The notes below the pieces were generated by a model. The model was not told the DNA's origin. It did no database searches and was given only the letters and a program-made list of their open reading frames with translations. A stretch of 52,441 bases of DNA from Callorhinchus milii (lineage: Eukaryota). The stretch spans positions 1-52,441 of the forward strand of contig NW_024705349.1 of NCBI RefSeq assembly GCF_018977255.1. Reading direction: 5' to 3'. Positions within the stretch are counted from its first letter, which is position 1; every line of letters starts with the position of its first letter. The position numbers and the translations under genes are program-made. This document shows positions 1 to 12,022 of the stretch, piece after piece.

Positions 1-532
1 CTAATCGATTCCGTAATGGCGGTAATCGATTCGGTCGTGACGGTATTTTAGCAAGCTCTTGGGAAAAAAACGAGCAGAGGCAGGAAAAATGTTCCATGTA
101 CATAGGGTAATGAAACAACTGTGTGGACTATTTGTGTGTTTACCAAATATATATAAACCACCGAGTTTCAAAAATGTAACGTCTCAAAACAATGTCATGG
201 GCAAACACGGGTCTCCAACCAGAGGCTAAATGATGTCTTCTAAATGTAAGGAACACTGTGCACTTTCCACAATACACAACATTCAGGGGCTGATTGCAGA
301 GTGTAGAAGCAACACGTGAAAATACTCCAAAGGCAACGACGATGAAGTCTGTTCTAGGTAACATAGTTCAGCTTTTCACCTTTGACTGCAAATTATAAAA
401 ATTATTACGAAACTTAAGTAAAAAAAATGTTTACCGGGGTAGGGTCACACAGCAATTACAATCAACTCTTGCTAGTTTGAAAAGGAATTTATTCAGAACT
501 GCTTTTTTGCGTCTACTTTGTATTCCTTCCCC

Positions 533-600
533 CGCACCTCCGATTAGCACGGTTGGCTACGTACGGTGCGAAAGAAGTTCGACATACATACTCGACCTCA
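533..600 (+). repeat. ~55-60 bp dispersed hairpin repeat with (atac)n tail, 8 copies in the window
   Basis: gcacctccgattagcacggttggctacgtacggtgcgaaagaagttc. Also at ~4650-4700(-), 10935-10997(-), 24047-24110, 26698-26750, 32385-32455(-), 38305-38365 and 50833-50887(-). Confidence 0.85.
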
Positions 601-613
601 GAACTCAACTTAC

Positions 614-900
614 CGACTTCCACTTCACAGCTGCCCTGGGTCCAATAACGCAGCGCAACAATTGCAGCGAGTCCAAGTCCTCCCGTTCATCCCGAGTCCT
701 ACGGACGCACGGAGCTCTTGAGACCCACGGGAGGGAAGGATGCACGTGCGGAGTCCACGGATGGCGCGTTCGCAGGTGCAGCGACGGGGGCGCTCCTCGC
801 GTCGTGCCGAGGGGAGTTTCGCAACCCTCGAGCAACTTCCTCCTCTCGCCACTCAAACCCGCAAGCCACCCAGGAGGGGCCTTACTCAACAGAAACGCAG
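614..900 (-). promoter_or_regulatory. CpG-rich candidate first (non-coding) exon of a minus-strand gene continuing beyond the window start
   Basis: CpG-dense stretch ending in a perfect donor G|GTAAGT at 613-608. No recognisable coding frame. Confidence 0.4.
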
Positions 901-3515
901 CAACCGCCGCCCCCCCCCACTTCCAACGTTGTCGGCTGGAAAGTTCCTTTATAACCGGGCAACATTTTTTTTGTATGCCAAGAATTGGACAAAATGAACC
1001 ATTGGTCGTATGTGCTGTATATATGTTGGACCAAAGAAACACTGATGTACCAGCAGACGGAGAACGCAGGAGACACTTCCTCTGTAGGACGTGCAAGTAT
1101 GTATGCTGATCCTCTTTCCCACCGTACGTAGCTCCAGTCGCTTCCTATTATCTGCAGGATGCCACCTGTCTTGATTTCCCCAGGACAATCCACTTTGAGG
1201 TGAGCATTAAATGTTCAAAGTCCCAGTTTTATCACGTGGTTCTCCCCTCTTCAGAGGCGGAGACCATAGATGCAGTGTGTGCACACCAGGACTGGATGCC
1301 ACTTGCATGTGGAATCAGTCCACGTCAACTCAAAAGTCGCATCTACCTTTCCTCCGTCGATAGATTATATTTTGGTTGCAAAGTTGAAGGGAAAAATAAC
1401 TATGAAATTACTCATTAGCAATACAATAAAAATGCATCTTCATGTTTTTTTTTATTAACAGTTATTAAAATACTTGTAAAAATGTAATAAAACAAAGTGA
1501 TTAAAAGCAATGTAGAATTTTTATAATGTGCAGGGAAATTGTAGCTATAAGTACAAGGCAATGTGGAAGTTAACAAACTTGTGGTTTTAAAAACTATTAA
1601 AATGAGGTTAAGAAGCCATTAAATCAAACTAAATTACTGTGTAATGTAGTGCACAACTTATTACGCCTGTGCTCTTGATTTAAATTTCTGTAGATTTTAC
1701 ATCTCACATAAATTGGTGGGTGTCAGGTTCTTATTGATAGTGCGTGTTTATGTGACAGTGACCCTGGTATTGTACTAAATACTCATGATACCTGGAATGA
1801 TGGCAACTCGAGTTCATGATATGAAGTGCTCTTCGTGTAATCTTTACAACAGCAATACCAATACCACGGCAATGCCTAGACATTTCAGGGTTAAGATGAC
1901 TTGGAATTGCCTATAACCTCAAGATTTTACTCAATTGAGGGATGTATTAGATGGGTCAATACTCGGTATTGACATTACAGGAAAGATTATTATGCACCAT
2001 TATCATTCTTAATTATGCCACCATTCATGAGTGAAGTCACAGGTTAATGCCACAATCCAAATTGAGTATTTTGCGGGTTATTTTACAAATTTGGACAAAA
2101 ATAATGGCACACAATGGCCGACTCTTGTGAATGACATCACGGGATCTTTCACATCCACTCTAAAGCAGACAGCGTATTTGTATGGTTATTACATCCGCAG
2201 TATTACCCAGGGCGGCCACTGGATTCAAATCGTGAAACTGCGCACCAATCCAGGAACGCAATCCAATATGCCCACATTACTGCCCAAATTCGGACACACA
2301 AGCATGTCACCTTTGGAAAGTACAAATATTTTCCAGACGATGGCTATCTGCTCATCCTTGCACATGCACCCACACATACACACGCAAGTGCACGTGTACA
2401 ACATTCATTGCATTGAAGTGATTTTGTCAAATATCGATGCCTTCATCAGAACCACATTCTCAAATAAAACAGAATTCTCAGTCTTAGTAAAGTTATTCAG
2501 AATTGTTTTTATTTTATTTTAATTATTTAAAGACCATAAAAGCAAGGTCAACACAACATCAACTTATCCATAATATAGGCACACATACCTCTACACCTGT
2601 GTGAAATCGTAAGAATCACGCACCGCTGGCTCTACTCATCTCACCAAGCCAGGATTACCGCCGCCATTCAACATCTTTAAATCAGTTCACTGGTACATTC
2701 AGCAGTGTAACATACACACAGAGGCCAAAAATGCATTTGTTTTGCCATAGAAATGTGGAGTCCGCATTTCTAGAATCCCGTCTTATATTTCGAACGCAAT
2801 CTCTCATATATTATTCATAACGATTCGTTCGCTGAAACAGTGTTAGAAGTCTTGAGTAGATTTTTTTTATCCTTGTTTTTTACTCTATATTTTGGGGGTT
2901 TTATAAGCAAAGTTACACCGATGATGCTGCTTTAGTTATGCAATGAGGTGAAGAAATGTTCTTTTGAAACACAACGAGCGGAGCAATCCATCAAGTCAGG
3001 AAACAGCCCCTAGACATGACACCACAGAAGCACTTCCTGAAATGATGCCAATAACTCTTTCATTCCAATACAACATGGCACTCGTTCGCGTTTGTAAAAA
3101 ATACTGTTTACTGCACATTGCTCACTCCATATACCTAAAAACTTCAACTGTCAGAGCCATGATAAACAAAATTAATAGTACATTTTTTATGTTCCTGCAA
3201 TAATAGGTGGTCTGGCTGATACCATTAAACCCATTACACTTGAAATCACGGTTTGATCTGGGATGGCTTCCACCAAAATTTTAACCAATAATTCTCAGCA
3301 TTGCTGGGTCTGTGTGCTGACCGCAATTATGAGCCTCCTGAACCACCTTGGCCCACTCAGCTAAACTCCGTGAAGGCAACCCACGTGCCCTGCAAACACA
3401 ACCGACTATAATCTGGTGGGGGTGTGGCAACTGGCAACTTCAGACCCTGATGTCAAGTACTCAAGTCCACCATCGGGTGGCCAGTAAGGCACTGTGCACT
3501 GCTGCGCGGTGGCGC

Positions 3516-3562
3516 TCACAGCTTGCTCTTCCACTTTCCCTCCTCTCCTTCTCCCACTCTGA
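3516..3562 (-). CDS. LACTB2: LACTB2 terminal coding exon: VRVGEGEEGKWKSKL*
   Basis: ttgcag acceptor, phase-1 join and TGA stop at 3516-3518. KWKSKL aligns with the human C-terminus KWKAHL. Confidence 0.88.
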
Positions 3563-4381
3563 CTGCAATGGCAACACAAGTAATTGAGAATTCGTTACCA
3601 AGGAGCAACAAATGCCACACGCGTAACACGGACGTGCGTGCCTACACGAATACACAGCGGGCATAGACACTGGCGAGCGAAGAGTCAGGCGTGGTGGTGA
3701 ATGCCTCCAATCGAGCACTACGGAGGCAAGGCTTGGTGGCTTGCGTAGAGATTTGTGAAACTCACAAACCCCACTGGGCTGTGGGGTTGCCGTGAGATGA
3801 CAGCACAACAAGTGGGTTCGTGAACCTATCGGCATGAAGCGAGGAGCGTCTTCTCCATGATTGGGTTTACCGGGATACTACTTTAGTTTCTTCTCACATT
3901 TCAAACGCTCATAACATGTCAACGGCCACATATCCCGATGCAAGCACCTCCTGAAAAAGAGTTGTGAGACTTGGGCATTCTTGTGTAAATAAATAACATG
4001 AATTAAATATGTTCAAAATTACATGAGCTAATTATACCATGAACACTTTATAACAGATGCATTGATTTAACTCTTCGCGAACATTATTAAAAGCACAAAT
4101 GCAATATAAATGTAAAACAGAACACCGATATCAACACACAGGAAAAAACAGAAACACAAGACTATTATGGACATGTGGGTGCTGTTCTGTTGGATGTAAC
4201 CGCATTCTAATCAGTTTCCTCTCAATGCGTCGTTCCTCATTTCTACAACACAATTTGGGATGTGAGTTGACAAACCCAGTGCCCGAGAAATCAACATGTC
4301 AAGAACTGCCCGTATGGCAGTGATGTGAACTGGACAATGTTGAATAGAATTCCATCGATGCTGGACCCACGGGACACTCAC

Positions 4382-4463
4382 CGATTGTGCCCTCCTTCTC
4401 CAACTTCTTGAGGTGCTGGTGCAGGTTCCAGGATGCTGCCTTATACAAGTGTTCAGGAGTGTC
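4382..4463 (-). CDS. LACTB2: LACTB2 exon: DTPEHLYKAASWNLHQHLKKLEKEGTI
   Basis: Matches the LACTB2 C-terminal HLKKLEKEGKI segment. ttag acceptor and gtgagt donor, 82 bp. Confidence 0.93.
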
Positions 4464-5682
4464 CTAACACACGAAACAAAGGTTGTGAACACACGCGTGT
4501 GTAGTGGTATAAGTGTGTTGTGTGCGTTTGTGTGTGTGTTGAATTTCAGAAAATGGTGCAATGACATGGTGTAATATAGGTCATACGTTTGTATGTATTT
4601 TTGCGGTAGTGTGCTACGCACCCGGCGATCCGGGTTCAATTCCCGCCCACGTATGCGTGTATGTTGAACTTCTTTCGCACCATATGTCGCCAACCGTGAC
4701 GATTATTTGAACCGGTCCTGGGCCTCCTCCGGTTGACTCGGCCTTAAATGAGTACCTGATGTGGTGTGTAAACATCGCCACTAGGAAGCCTGTGTGTGCT
4801 GTGCCAGCCTTGATAGGTGCAAGCTAAGAGCACTTGTCCCAACAGTGTATTGAGGCTATACGGGGATCTTTGTATTTGTCTATTTTGCATGTGGATTTAG
4901 GCGTTGGGAAACAGTTGTCTCCAATTCTGGATGTTCTTGTCCGGCTATCAGAACTACACAAGTCTCTCCCGTCACCATCCGTCCACAAGCATTCGCTCGA
5001 TTACGCATGTACTATTCAGCTCTGTGTTAATCCACTGAAGGTTTCCCCACACTGTTCGGTCATGCAGGTTGTTGGCCCACAATGCACCACACTGGCCAAT
5101 CGCGTCCATGTGGCGCTTGGGAAATATGTTCCCTACCCCTGCTTTAACAGGTGCTCCCCAACATAACTCTTAAGAGAGAGTTTCACAACAGGATGCTATA
5201 CCAGGGCTGCAATGGTTAGCACACCGGACTTGCAATAAAGTACGGAGGTATTGGGTATGGCGACCAAACTCTTCCAAGATGACTGGCCAGTGTGGAGGAG
5301 TAGGCCAAGATACCCTTTAGAGAGGCTCTCTAGACCCATCTCTCGTGGAATCCCTTCTGCCAGCGGTGGCGTGAGCAAGAGGCTGCAGCTTCACCCTAAC
5401 AGGTATATTACACCATCCAAACGATTAAGAGACTTACATGGGCTTGGGCACGACAAGTCGCGAGAAAACACGCTGGGCAGTGGTCAAGAATAATGTCGGA
5501 GCAGCAGAGGATATCGGCAAAGGAGACGGAGAGATGTAGATGCCAGGTGAATTGCTACGCGACGAGATGGCGAGAGGTGACTGCGCCTTGAGTAGGAGGC
5601 CTTAATCCAGTGGTGGATCGATTGTGGCTGGCGATGGCGAAGGGGGAAGCCAGGCCTCCCCACCCTCGTCGCTGTGTCGTAC

Positions 5683-5831
5683 CGTGTACACGAGGCGCAC
5701 GAGCTCCTCCAACGAGAGCTCTTTCCCGGCGTGGGCGCCGACGACGGACATCACCGCCCGCTCGCGCGCCTGCCGGTGTGACACATAGCCACGGATTTTC
5801 TCCTGCGCATCCTGCACCACCGGCCCGTGGC
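5683..5831 (-). CDS. LACTB2: LACTB2 exon: GHGPVVQDAQEKIRGYVSHRQARERAVMSVVGAHAGKELSLEELVRLVYT
   Basis: Completes the YPGHGP motif across the splice. ccgcag acceptor and gtacga donor, 149 bp. Confidence 0.94.
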
Positions 5832-6459
5832 CTGCGGGAGACACAACGGGTACGACTTGAAGTCGCGCGCAATTCGACGAATCGTCGTCGGCTTCAGGGC
5901 CAACGTTTGAATCGGCAATCGAATCCCAGGGACACAGTTTCCCAGGTCTGTCTTGCAAACTATACTCATCTTGGACTTGTGAGTTCTCACCTGGTTAAAC
6001 AAAGTCGACTTGAACCTGAACTGTGGTGTTCAGGGTTAGGCCGTATGTTGAGCATGCCAGTAAAATCCTTTAATCCACCACATGCGGCTCTATCGAAGGG
6101 GCATAACGTAGAACACACCATCACAGGACCAAAAAATAATGTCTCCCGTGCTGTGCCAAAACTGTCAATATATACACACACTTATATGTCAACTTGACTC
6201 TTTGCAAAATTCATGGGTACTTTTTGGCTCTTGGTCTGTTCCAAGTTGGCCACCCCTGTGCTAGAATGTAATATTCTGTCACGTTTGGACCGTCTCGTTT
6301 GTATTGTCTCACTTTTTTTGTGTCGACAGTACCGTACACGACTGTTCGCAAGGCTGGATTATGGACCGGGCCAGTGGGGCCAGTGTCCCGGGGCCTCGGA
6401 CTGCCAGGGGCCTCCAAGCCTCAGGCCGCGCGCGATGCGTGGCCCAAGACTTCCCAAGG

Positions 6460-6785
6460 AAGTTGAACGCCAGGGTCCTCAGTGCGCACAGCGCAAGCTG
6501 ACCACGAGGTCCCTGGGTACTTATAGCGTGAGCTCACCACTAGGGCCACCCAAACCCCTCGGCACTTACAGTGTGAGGGCCCCCAGACCCCTTGGTGTTT
6601 AAAAGGTGAGCTCACCACTAGGGCCACCCAGGCCCCGCAGCGCTTACAATGTGAGGCCCCTCGGTGCTTACAGCGTGAGCTGACCACTAGTGCCCCCAGG
6701 CCCCTCGGTGCACACATCGAGCTTAACACCTGGGCCCCTTGGTACATACAGTGCGTGCTTAAAACGAGAGCCTCTCGGAGAGTAC
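6460..6785. repeat. Degenerate tandem repeat (cttacagcgtgagctcaccactagggccacccaggcccctcgg-like units)
   Basis: Recurring gagctcaccacta / cccctcgg / cttacag motifs. Confidence 0.75.
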
Positions 6786-9494
6786 AGTGGTTCTGTACAA
6801 CTGAGCCACTGGTTGGCTCGCTACAATATGCTGTGACATGATACAATATTCACCAACAAGTCGGTTCATTCTGCATAACAGGACAGTTTGAAGGGCGTCA
6901 TATTATGACAAGACGTTCGTTATTTGACTGACCATAACTAGCCATCACTTTATTTTAGCTCGCTGCCCATTTCCCCTAGCTAGCTGCCCATTAGATTCAG
7001 CTTGTTAACAGAAATTAGTTAGCTAGCTGACATTTTTGCCAGCTAGCTGCCCTTACAACCAAATTAGCTGCACTAAAAATCCAGCTAGTGAGACCAACGG
7101 CTCGCCGTTTGTTGAGAGCTTATTTAGCCGTTGACAAATCAATTATTAAAAATACACAGTGGTTTTGTGAAACATAAAAAAATATGCCAAAAGCTATATT
7201 TTTTCATACACTAACGCATATATGAGAGACCCATTCCATACTTAAAGATTAAGGAAAACCCCATTCATTTTTTTACATAGACCGTCTGTTTTTAGATCCA
7301 CGGAAGTCGATAATGCTAACGTTGACATGCAAATTGTCGACTGCTCTTACGAGGTATTTTTTTCCCCTCCCATCGATGGAGTGTGGCCTATGTGCATAGT
7401 CTCCACCAAGTAATTTCACTGACTTATCAGAAACCTTTGTTGGTTGTTGAGGCAATGAATTTTTGTTTCATGTGGTGGAGCGATTCCTGGGCTATGAGCC
7501 AATTGAGAGCTACACTGGTAAAAGTTGAGCAGACTCTGTGACTTTGATGGTGGAGGGCCTTGGGTTGGACCTCTCAAACTGTAGAGGTCAGTCATATGAC
7601 AATGCAAGCAACATGTCAGGAAAATTCAATTGGCAACAGGCCCAACTGAAACAACAAAAAACCCTCTGATAGAGTCTGTGCCTTGCACAGCGCATTCACT
7701 TAACTTAGTTGGTGTTAACACCTTAGAGACGGCAGCTGCTCAGATTGCTCTCTCTATGCTCTTGCCTTTAGCATCACGGTTCAAGGCAGCATCCAACAAG
7801 CATGACCCTGCTGATGAGCCGCAGGAAGTAGAAATCTTAAGAGTTTGCTCGAACTAACCCTATTGCAAAAAGTTGGCATGAAAGGCCCAAAGGTCGATGG
7901 AATAAATATTTATTCCATTTCTAAGGGTGACGAACCATAAAAGGAACAAGCTAACCATGTGATTTCTCAGCAGCCTGTTACATCGTTAGGCTAATGAGCT
8001 TAGTTTATTTACCATCCAGGGTCTGGATGGGCAACCGCCATGCATGACAAGTGTTATAGGCTACAAAGTGCAGGGTGGCAGGAGAGAGGGCCGCACAGAA
8101 AATTACACTGTTGTACTGTGCTTCTATGCCCCATGTCTAAGCATCTTAGACATGGGGCATATACGATGCATCAGCATAAGCTGTACTAGGCTTTGGCAAC
8201 AGTGGTCTCTCCGTTCACATTCCCAGCTCCCTTATCAGTGCTGGACAGCCTGACCTGAGCTCACAGCTCATACGGCCCTAACTCACTCGCCCACAATGGG
8301 GAAACAATGACGCGGACCCTTCAGCAGGCTTGTGAAAGAAAGAAAAACCGCGGTAAGTCTGGTCAGCATTTTATTTCAAGCTCCTAAGGCTTTGGGGGTG
8401 GGCACTTTCGTCAAAGCATGGCACACAAATGCCCTCCGTGTGAATCGGGCTGTATCAGACGGTGAGCAGCACCAGACCGCCAGGGGCTGGGCACTGTCAA
8501 GGGATACATCAACCCCAATGCGTGTATCTCAATGCCTCTATTATGCACACAACGTGCATCGCAGTGGGATCTTTACAGAAAACACGACACAAGTCTTGAC
8601 ACTCTTTCTGAGAAACGTGCCATTGGGTGGCAAGTTTGGCCAATTTGTGTTAAATAAGTGTTTGTGTATCAGAACATACTGGAGTATCCAGCGGAAATTC
8701 GTCGCACGCCAGGAGATAACAATCAAAGGGCTGTACAGATAGTTTCATGAATGAACTTGCTCTCCTGGCATCTCCTGGTCACCATGTAGCCCAGCAGATT
8801 TGAGCATTTCAGGGATCTGTCATCCACCAACCCTTGCCTTCTAAGCAGTGGAGTAAAGATGTCCACCATTGGGCCCAGCATCTCTCTCTCAGTCTGCCTG
8901 TTACTTTACTGTGATCTCCATGGCGCTTGAACCAATGTTTGTTCGGAATGCTTTGGCTTTCTCCCACACACAGATAAACCGGATGTATAAAAGACGATGG
9001 GTATTATTTCCAAGTTGAGATCAGGGCGAGACCAACTGGATATCTGCCAACTTGGCATCACGACCTGTTTGATGTGGCTACAGTAAATATGTAATACGCC
9101 CGCATTACAAATATATGATTGCAATGATAGTTTGCAACACTTGCTAGTGAATAATGTGAAAAAGGTTCAACATGTCCAAAATTACATTCATACATATGCA
9201 AAATAGTCATCGTTTGTGCAATTAGCTGCACAGTGAGATTGGTGAAAAGCAATAAGGTGGGCAAATATTCATGTCTCTCTGAATGGCATGGTATTGAGGC
9301 ATAAATATTAGGCAATTGTCTGGGCAGTATTGCAAAATTATGTCCTTAACATGGCTTATGGATATCCTCCAGTATAAATACATTTTCTGATTCTGATTAT
9401 GGGTATCACTGGGTATGACGATGCAGGACGTGAGTTTGACTGATATGGTGTTTGGCGTACTGATCAGTACCATGGTACAAGAGAAATTTGATGA

Positions 9495-9720
9495 GCCCCC
9501 TGATAGACTCCTACCAGGCAGCACGTCCCACTGGGCAAAGACCCCGGGGCCAGCCCAGGACACGCTGCTGGTGGGACTACGTCGCTCGGCTGGCCTGGGA
9601 ACGCCTGGGAAATCCCCAGGAAGAGCTAGAGTCTGTCTCCAGGGTAAGGGAGGTTTGGACCGCCACTACTCAACGCGCTGCCGTAGCGACCCTCGCCAGA
9701 CTGAGAAACGAACAAACAAA
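9495..9720 (+). mobile_element. RTE-clade (Rex3/Expander-like) LINE 3' fragment
   Basis: Peptide RPTGQRPRGQPRTR.W.DYV.RLAWERLG.PQEELE.V...REVW. Confidence 0.8.
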
Positions 9721-10329
9721 CGATTGTATGAAGTAGATATTTTTTTCAATGTCATGGTATAATATCCCGTACTTTTGAGTTTCATGGTATTGCATTATTA
9801 GTGACTGCATTGACATGAAAGTACACATGGCATACTATGTTTAATTGGAATTAATTTTATTCAACTTCATTTCATACAGTACCTTATCATGATAATTGGC
9901 ATCTCAACGCACTTTACAATGCCATATGCCCTTTCAGTGTCATGCTATCACGTTAATTGCTCACAAAGAAATTGGAATAAAATCTGAACAGTGCGTGGCA
10001 AGTCGAGTAAATTCATGAGTGGGGGAGCGAGGCATCGGCATTTATGTCGCGCCCCTTGTGAGTACCGGGCCCCCCCCCAGGGAAACTGATGGTCCAGACC
10101 AGCAGTGACCAAATTTAAGGAGCTCCGACTGATGCAAATCCCGGTCTCACCACCAACTGCAGCTCTGACGTCCTGGTGCCCTGGGCCCACACTTCGGGTT
10201 CTAGAGCTTATGGTCGAGGCTCCGTCGGCAGCCGAGTGCCGTTTCATCGGCATTCCCGCTCGCGTATAAACTCACAGGCACGCGTACGTGTGCGTGACAC
10301 CCGCGTGTCCCCTGGGCGTCGGTAGTTAC

Positions 10330-10508
10330 CGGGGTATATGAGCTTGGGCTTGAGATTGAGCAGCAGGTCGAGCGAGCGCATGTACGTGTAGAGGTCCTCG
10401 AACACGGCCGTGCCCTCGCCCAGGATGCAGTCGCCTGAGAAGACTGAGCCCTCCTCCTCCAGCAGCAGCACCATGTGGTCGTCCGTGTGTCCCGGTGTGT
10501 ACACCACC
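10330..10508 (-). CDS. LACTB2: LACTB2 exon: [59 protein letters not shown] (metallo-beta-lactamase motifs)
   Basis: Contains the TPGHTDDH and [10 protein letters not shown] motifs. AG/GT boundaries, 179 bp. Confidence 0.96.
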
Positions 10509-10619
10509 CTGCACGCGCGCCGCACCGCCCACGCCCACCAGTGCCGTCGGCGGTTATTGGGGGTTCTCGCACACGCGCGGAAACCGAACTCACTCCGGCA
10601 AACGACGCCGATTGCTTAC

Positions 10620-10749
10620 CGGAGCGTGGCTCCCTCGGTGGTGATGACGTCGCCATCGCGCAGGAATGTGTACTCCAAGCCCTCACTGCCCAACACCTCC
10701 TCGCGCCGCGGCGGTACTCGCGGTAGTTTCGACAGCCGCACGCCGGCAC
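10620..10749 (-). CDS. LACTB2: LACTB2 internal exon (first one present): [44 protein letters not shown]
   Basis: tgcag acceptor and gtaagc donor. The peptide matches vertebrate LACTB2 (KLPR...EE..G......YLKDGDVIKTEGATLR), and the phase joins the next exon. Confidence 0.93.
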
Positions 10750-11744
10750 CTGCACTCCACCACCACCGCCGCCGCCACCACCACCACCGCGTTCACCATC
10801 ACCATCCACCACATCACGGCAAAACTGGCCACACTGCCAAAAGTACTCACCCGCACACCATTGTCACCTTTACAAATACAGCTGTGTGCCTCAGAGAGCG
10901 AATGCCATGTAAGTGTACCGAGCTGGCACCGGTATGTATGTATACATGTTCAGCTTCTTTCGTACCATACGTAGTCAACTGTTTTAATCGGAGGTGCAGA
11001 AAGAATGCCGCGTTCCCATGGCCACTCGGAAGGGAACCGGCTTGGCTCACAAACCAGGCAAGTGGTCTCAGCATGGATCCCCATGTTGGCCTTACCGGGT
11101 CAATGCCAGCACCAACTGGGCCAAATGGTACATGTTTTGCTGGTTGTTTGGCTTTCTTTTCTAAGGGATTACAGGTGGCCGCAACATTTTGCCTCCTGAA
11201 GGCAAGAAACCCACTACATGCCACACCCAGAGCCACGCGGCTAATGATGCCGATGGCATCACCAAGTCCCGCACATCACCTACCATCCAGCGGCACACGT
11301 GGGAACAGTTGAAAAATGTTTCCAGCTATTTTCGTGTTCTCCCATTAGTTAAGTAATGTAAATGACAATCGATAGCATAATTAATGATTTCAATAATCAA
11401 ATTGTTCATCTTTGCGCAGGACCGTTTTTCTCTACCTCCTCGTGGTGCCGGACAGGCAACGCTGTCGTGGGCAGTGCTGTGGGGGAGGGCCAATTCCGTT
11501 TGGACTTTCCCCTCATGGTGTTTGTGACCACCACAGCGGCCAAAAGGAGGCTCTGGACAGGTGCAAGGGGCTGATAACCTCTCCACCTTCAATTAATTAC
11601 CGCTAAACCACGACGGAATTTGTTTATTAATAAGCTTGTGCCGGAGGCCCCGGGGGACAGGCATCTATGATGTCTCCTGGCCAAACCCCATTTGGCGGAG
11701 CCAGGAGACTGAATCCTTACCCTCAGGGCTCCTCCAGAAACAAC

Positions 11745-11992
11745 AACAAACCACGTGTGGCCATGTGGAATGTTTGAACACTCACTGCGGAGGAGAGGCT
11801 GCCACTCCTCTGTCAGAAGCTGGACCGGTACCGCCTAGATCTCTGTGGTATTCAGGAGGTCCAGTGGACCGGCTCTGGCTCCTGCCACCATGAGGGGTAG
11901 ACAGTCCTCTTCTCGGGGCAGGAGACTGCCAAACAACAGGGAGTGACTCTTCTTCTGAACAAAATAATCAAGGGGGCATGGGAGCATGGCGG
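11745..11992 (+). mobile_element. Degenerate LINE APE-endonuclease N-terminus (RTE-like), cut by the N gap
   Basis: Frameshifted peptide VAMWNVxTL...LDRYRLDLCGIQEVQWTGSG. Confidence 0.65.
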
Positions 11993-12022
11993 NNNNNNNN
12001 NNNNNNNNNNNNNNNNNNNNNN
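11993..12022. other. Assembly gap (30 N)
   Basis: Run of N. Confidence 1.

Noticed and set aside
10410..11312. 300-aa plus-strand ORF with a His-rich tract
   Set aside because: It is the antisense shadow of GC-rich LACTB2 exons plus a (cac/cgc)n microsatellite.
11326..11592. MKVERLS ORF as LACTB2 exon 1
   Set aside because: Only the VERLS pentamer resembles LACTB2. The expected NPGPMTLQGTNTY motif does not follow.
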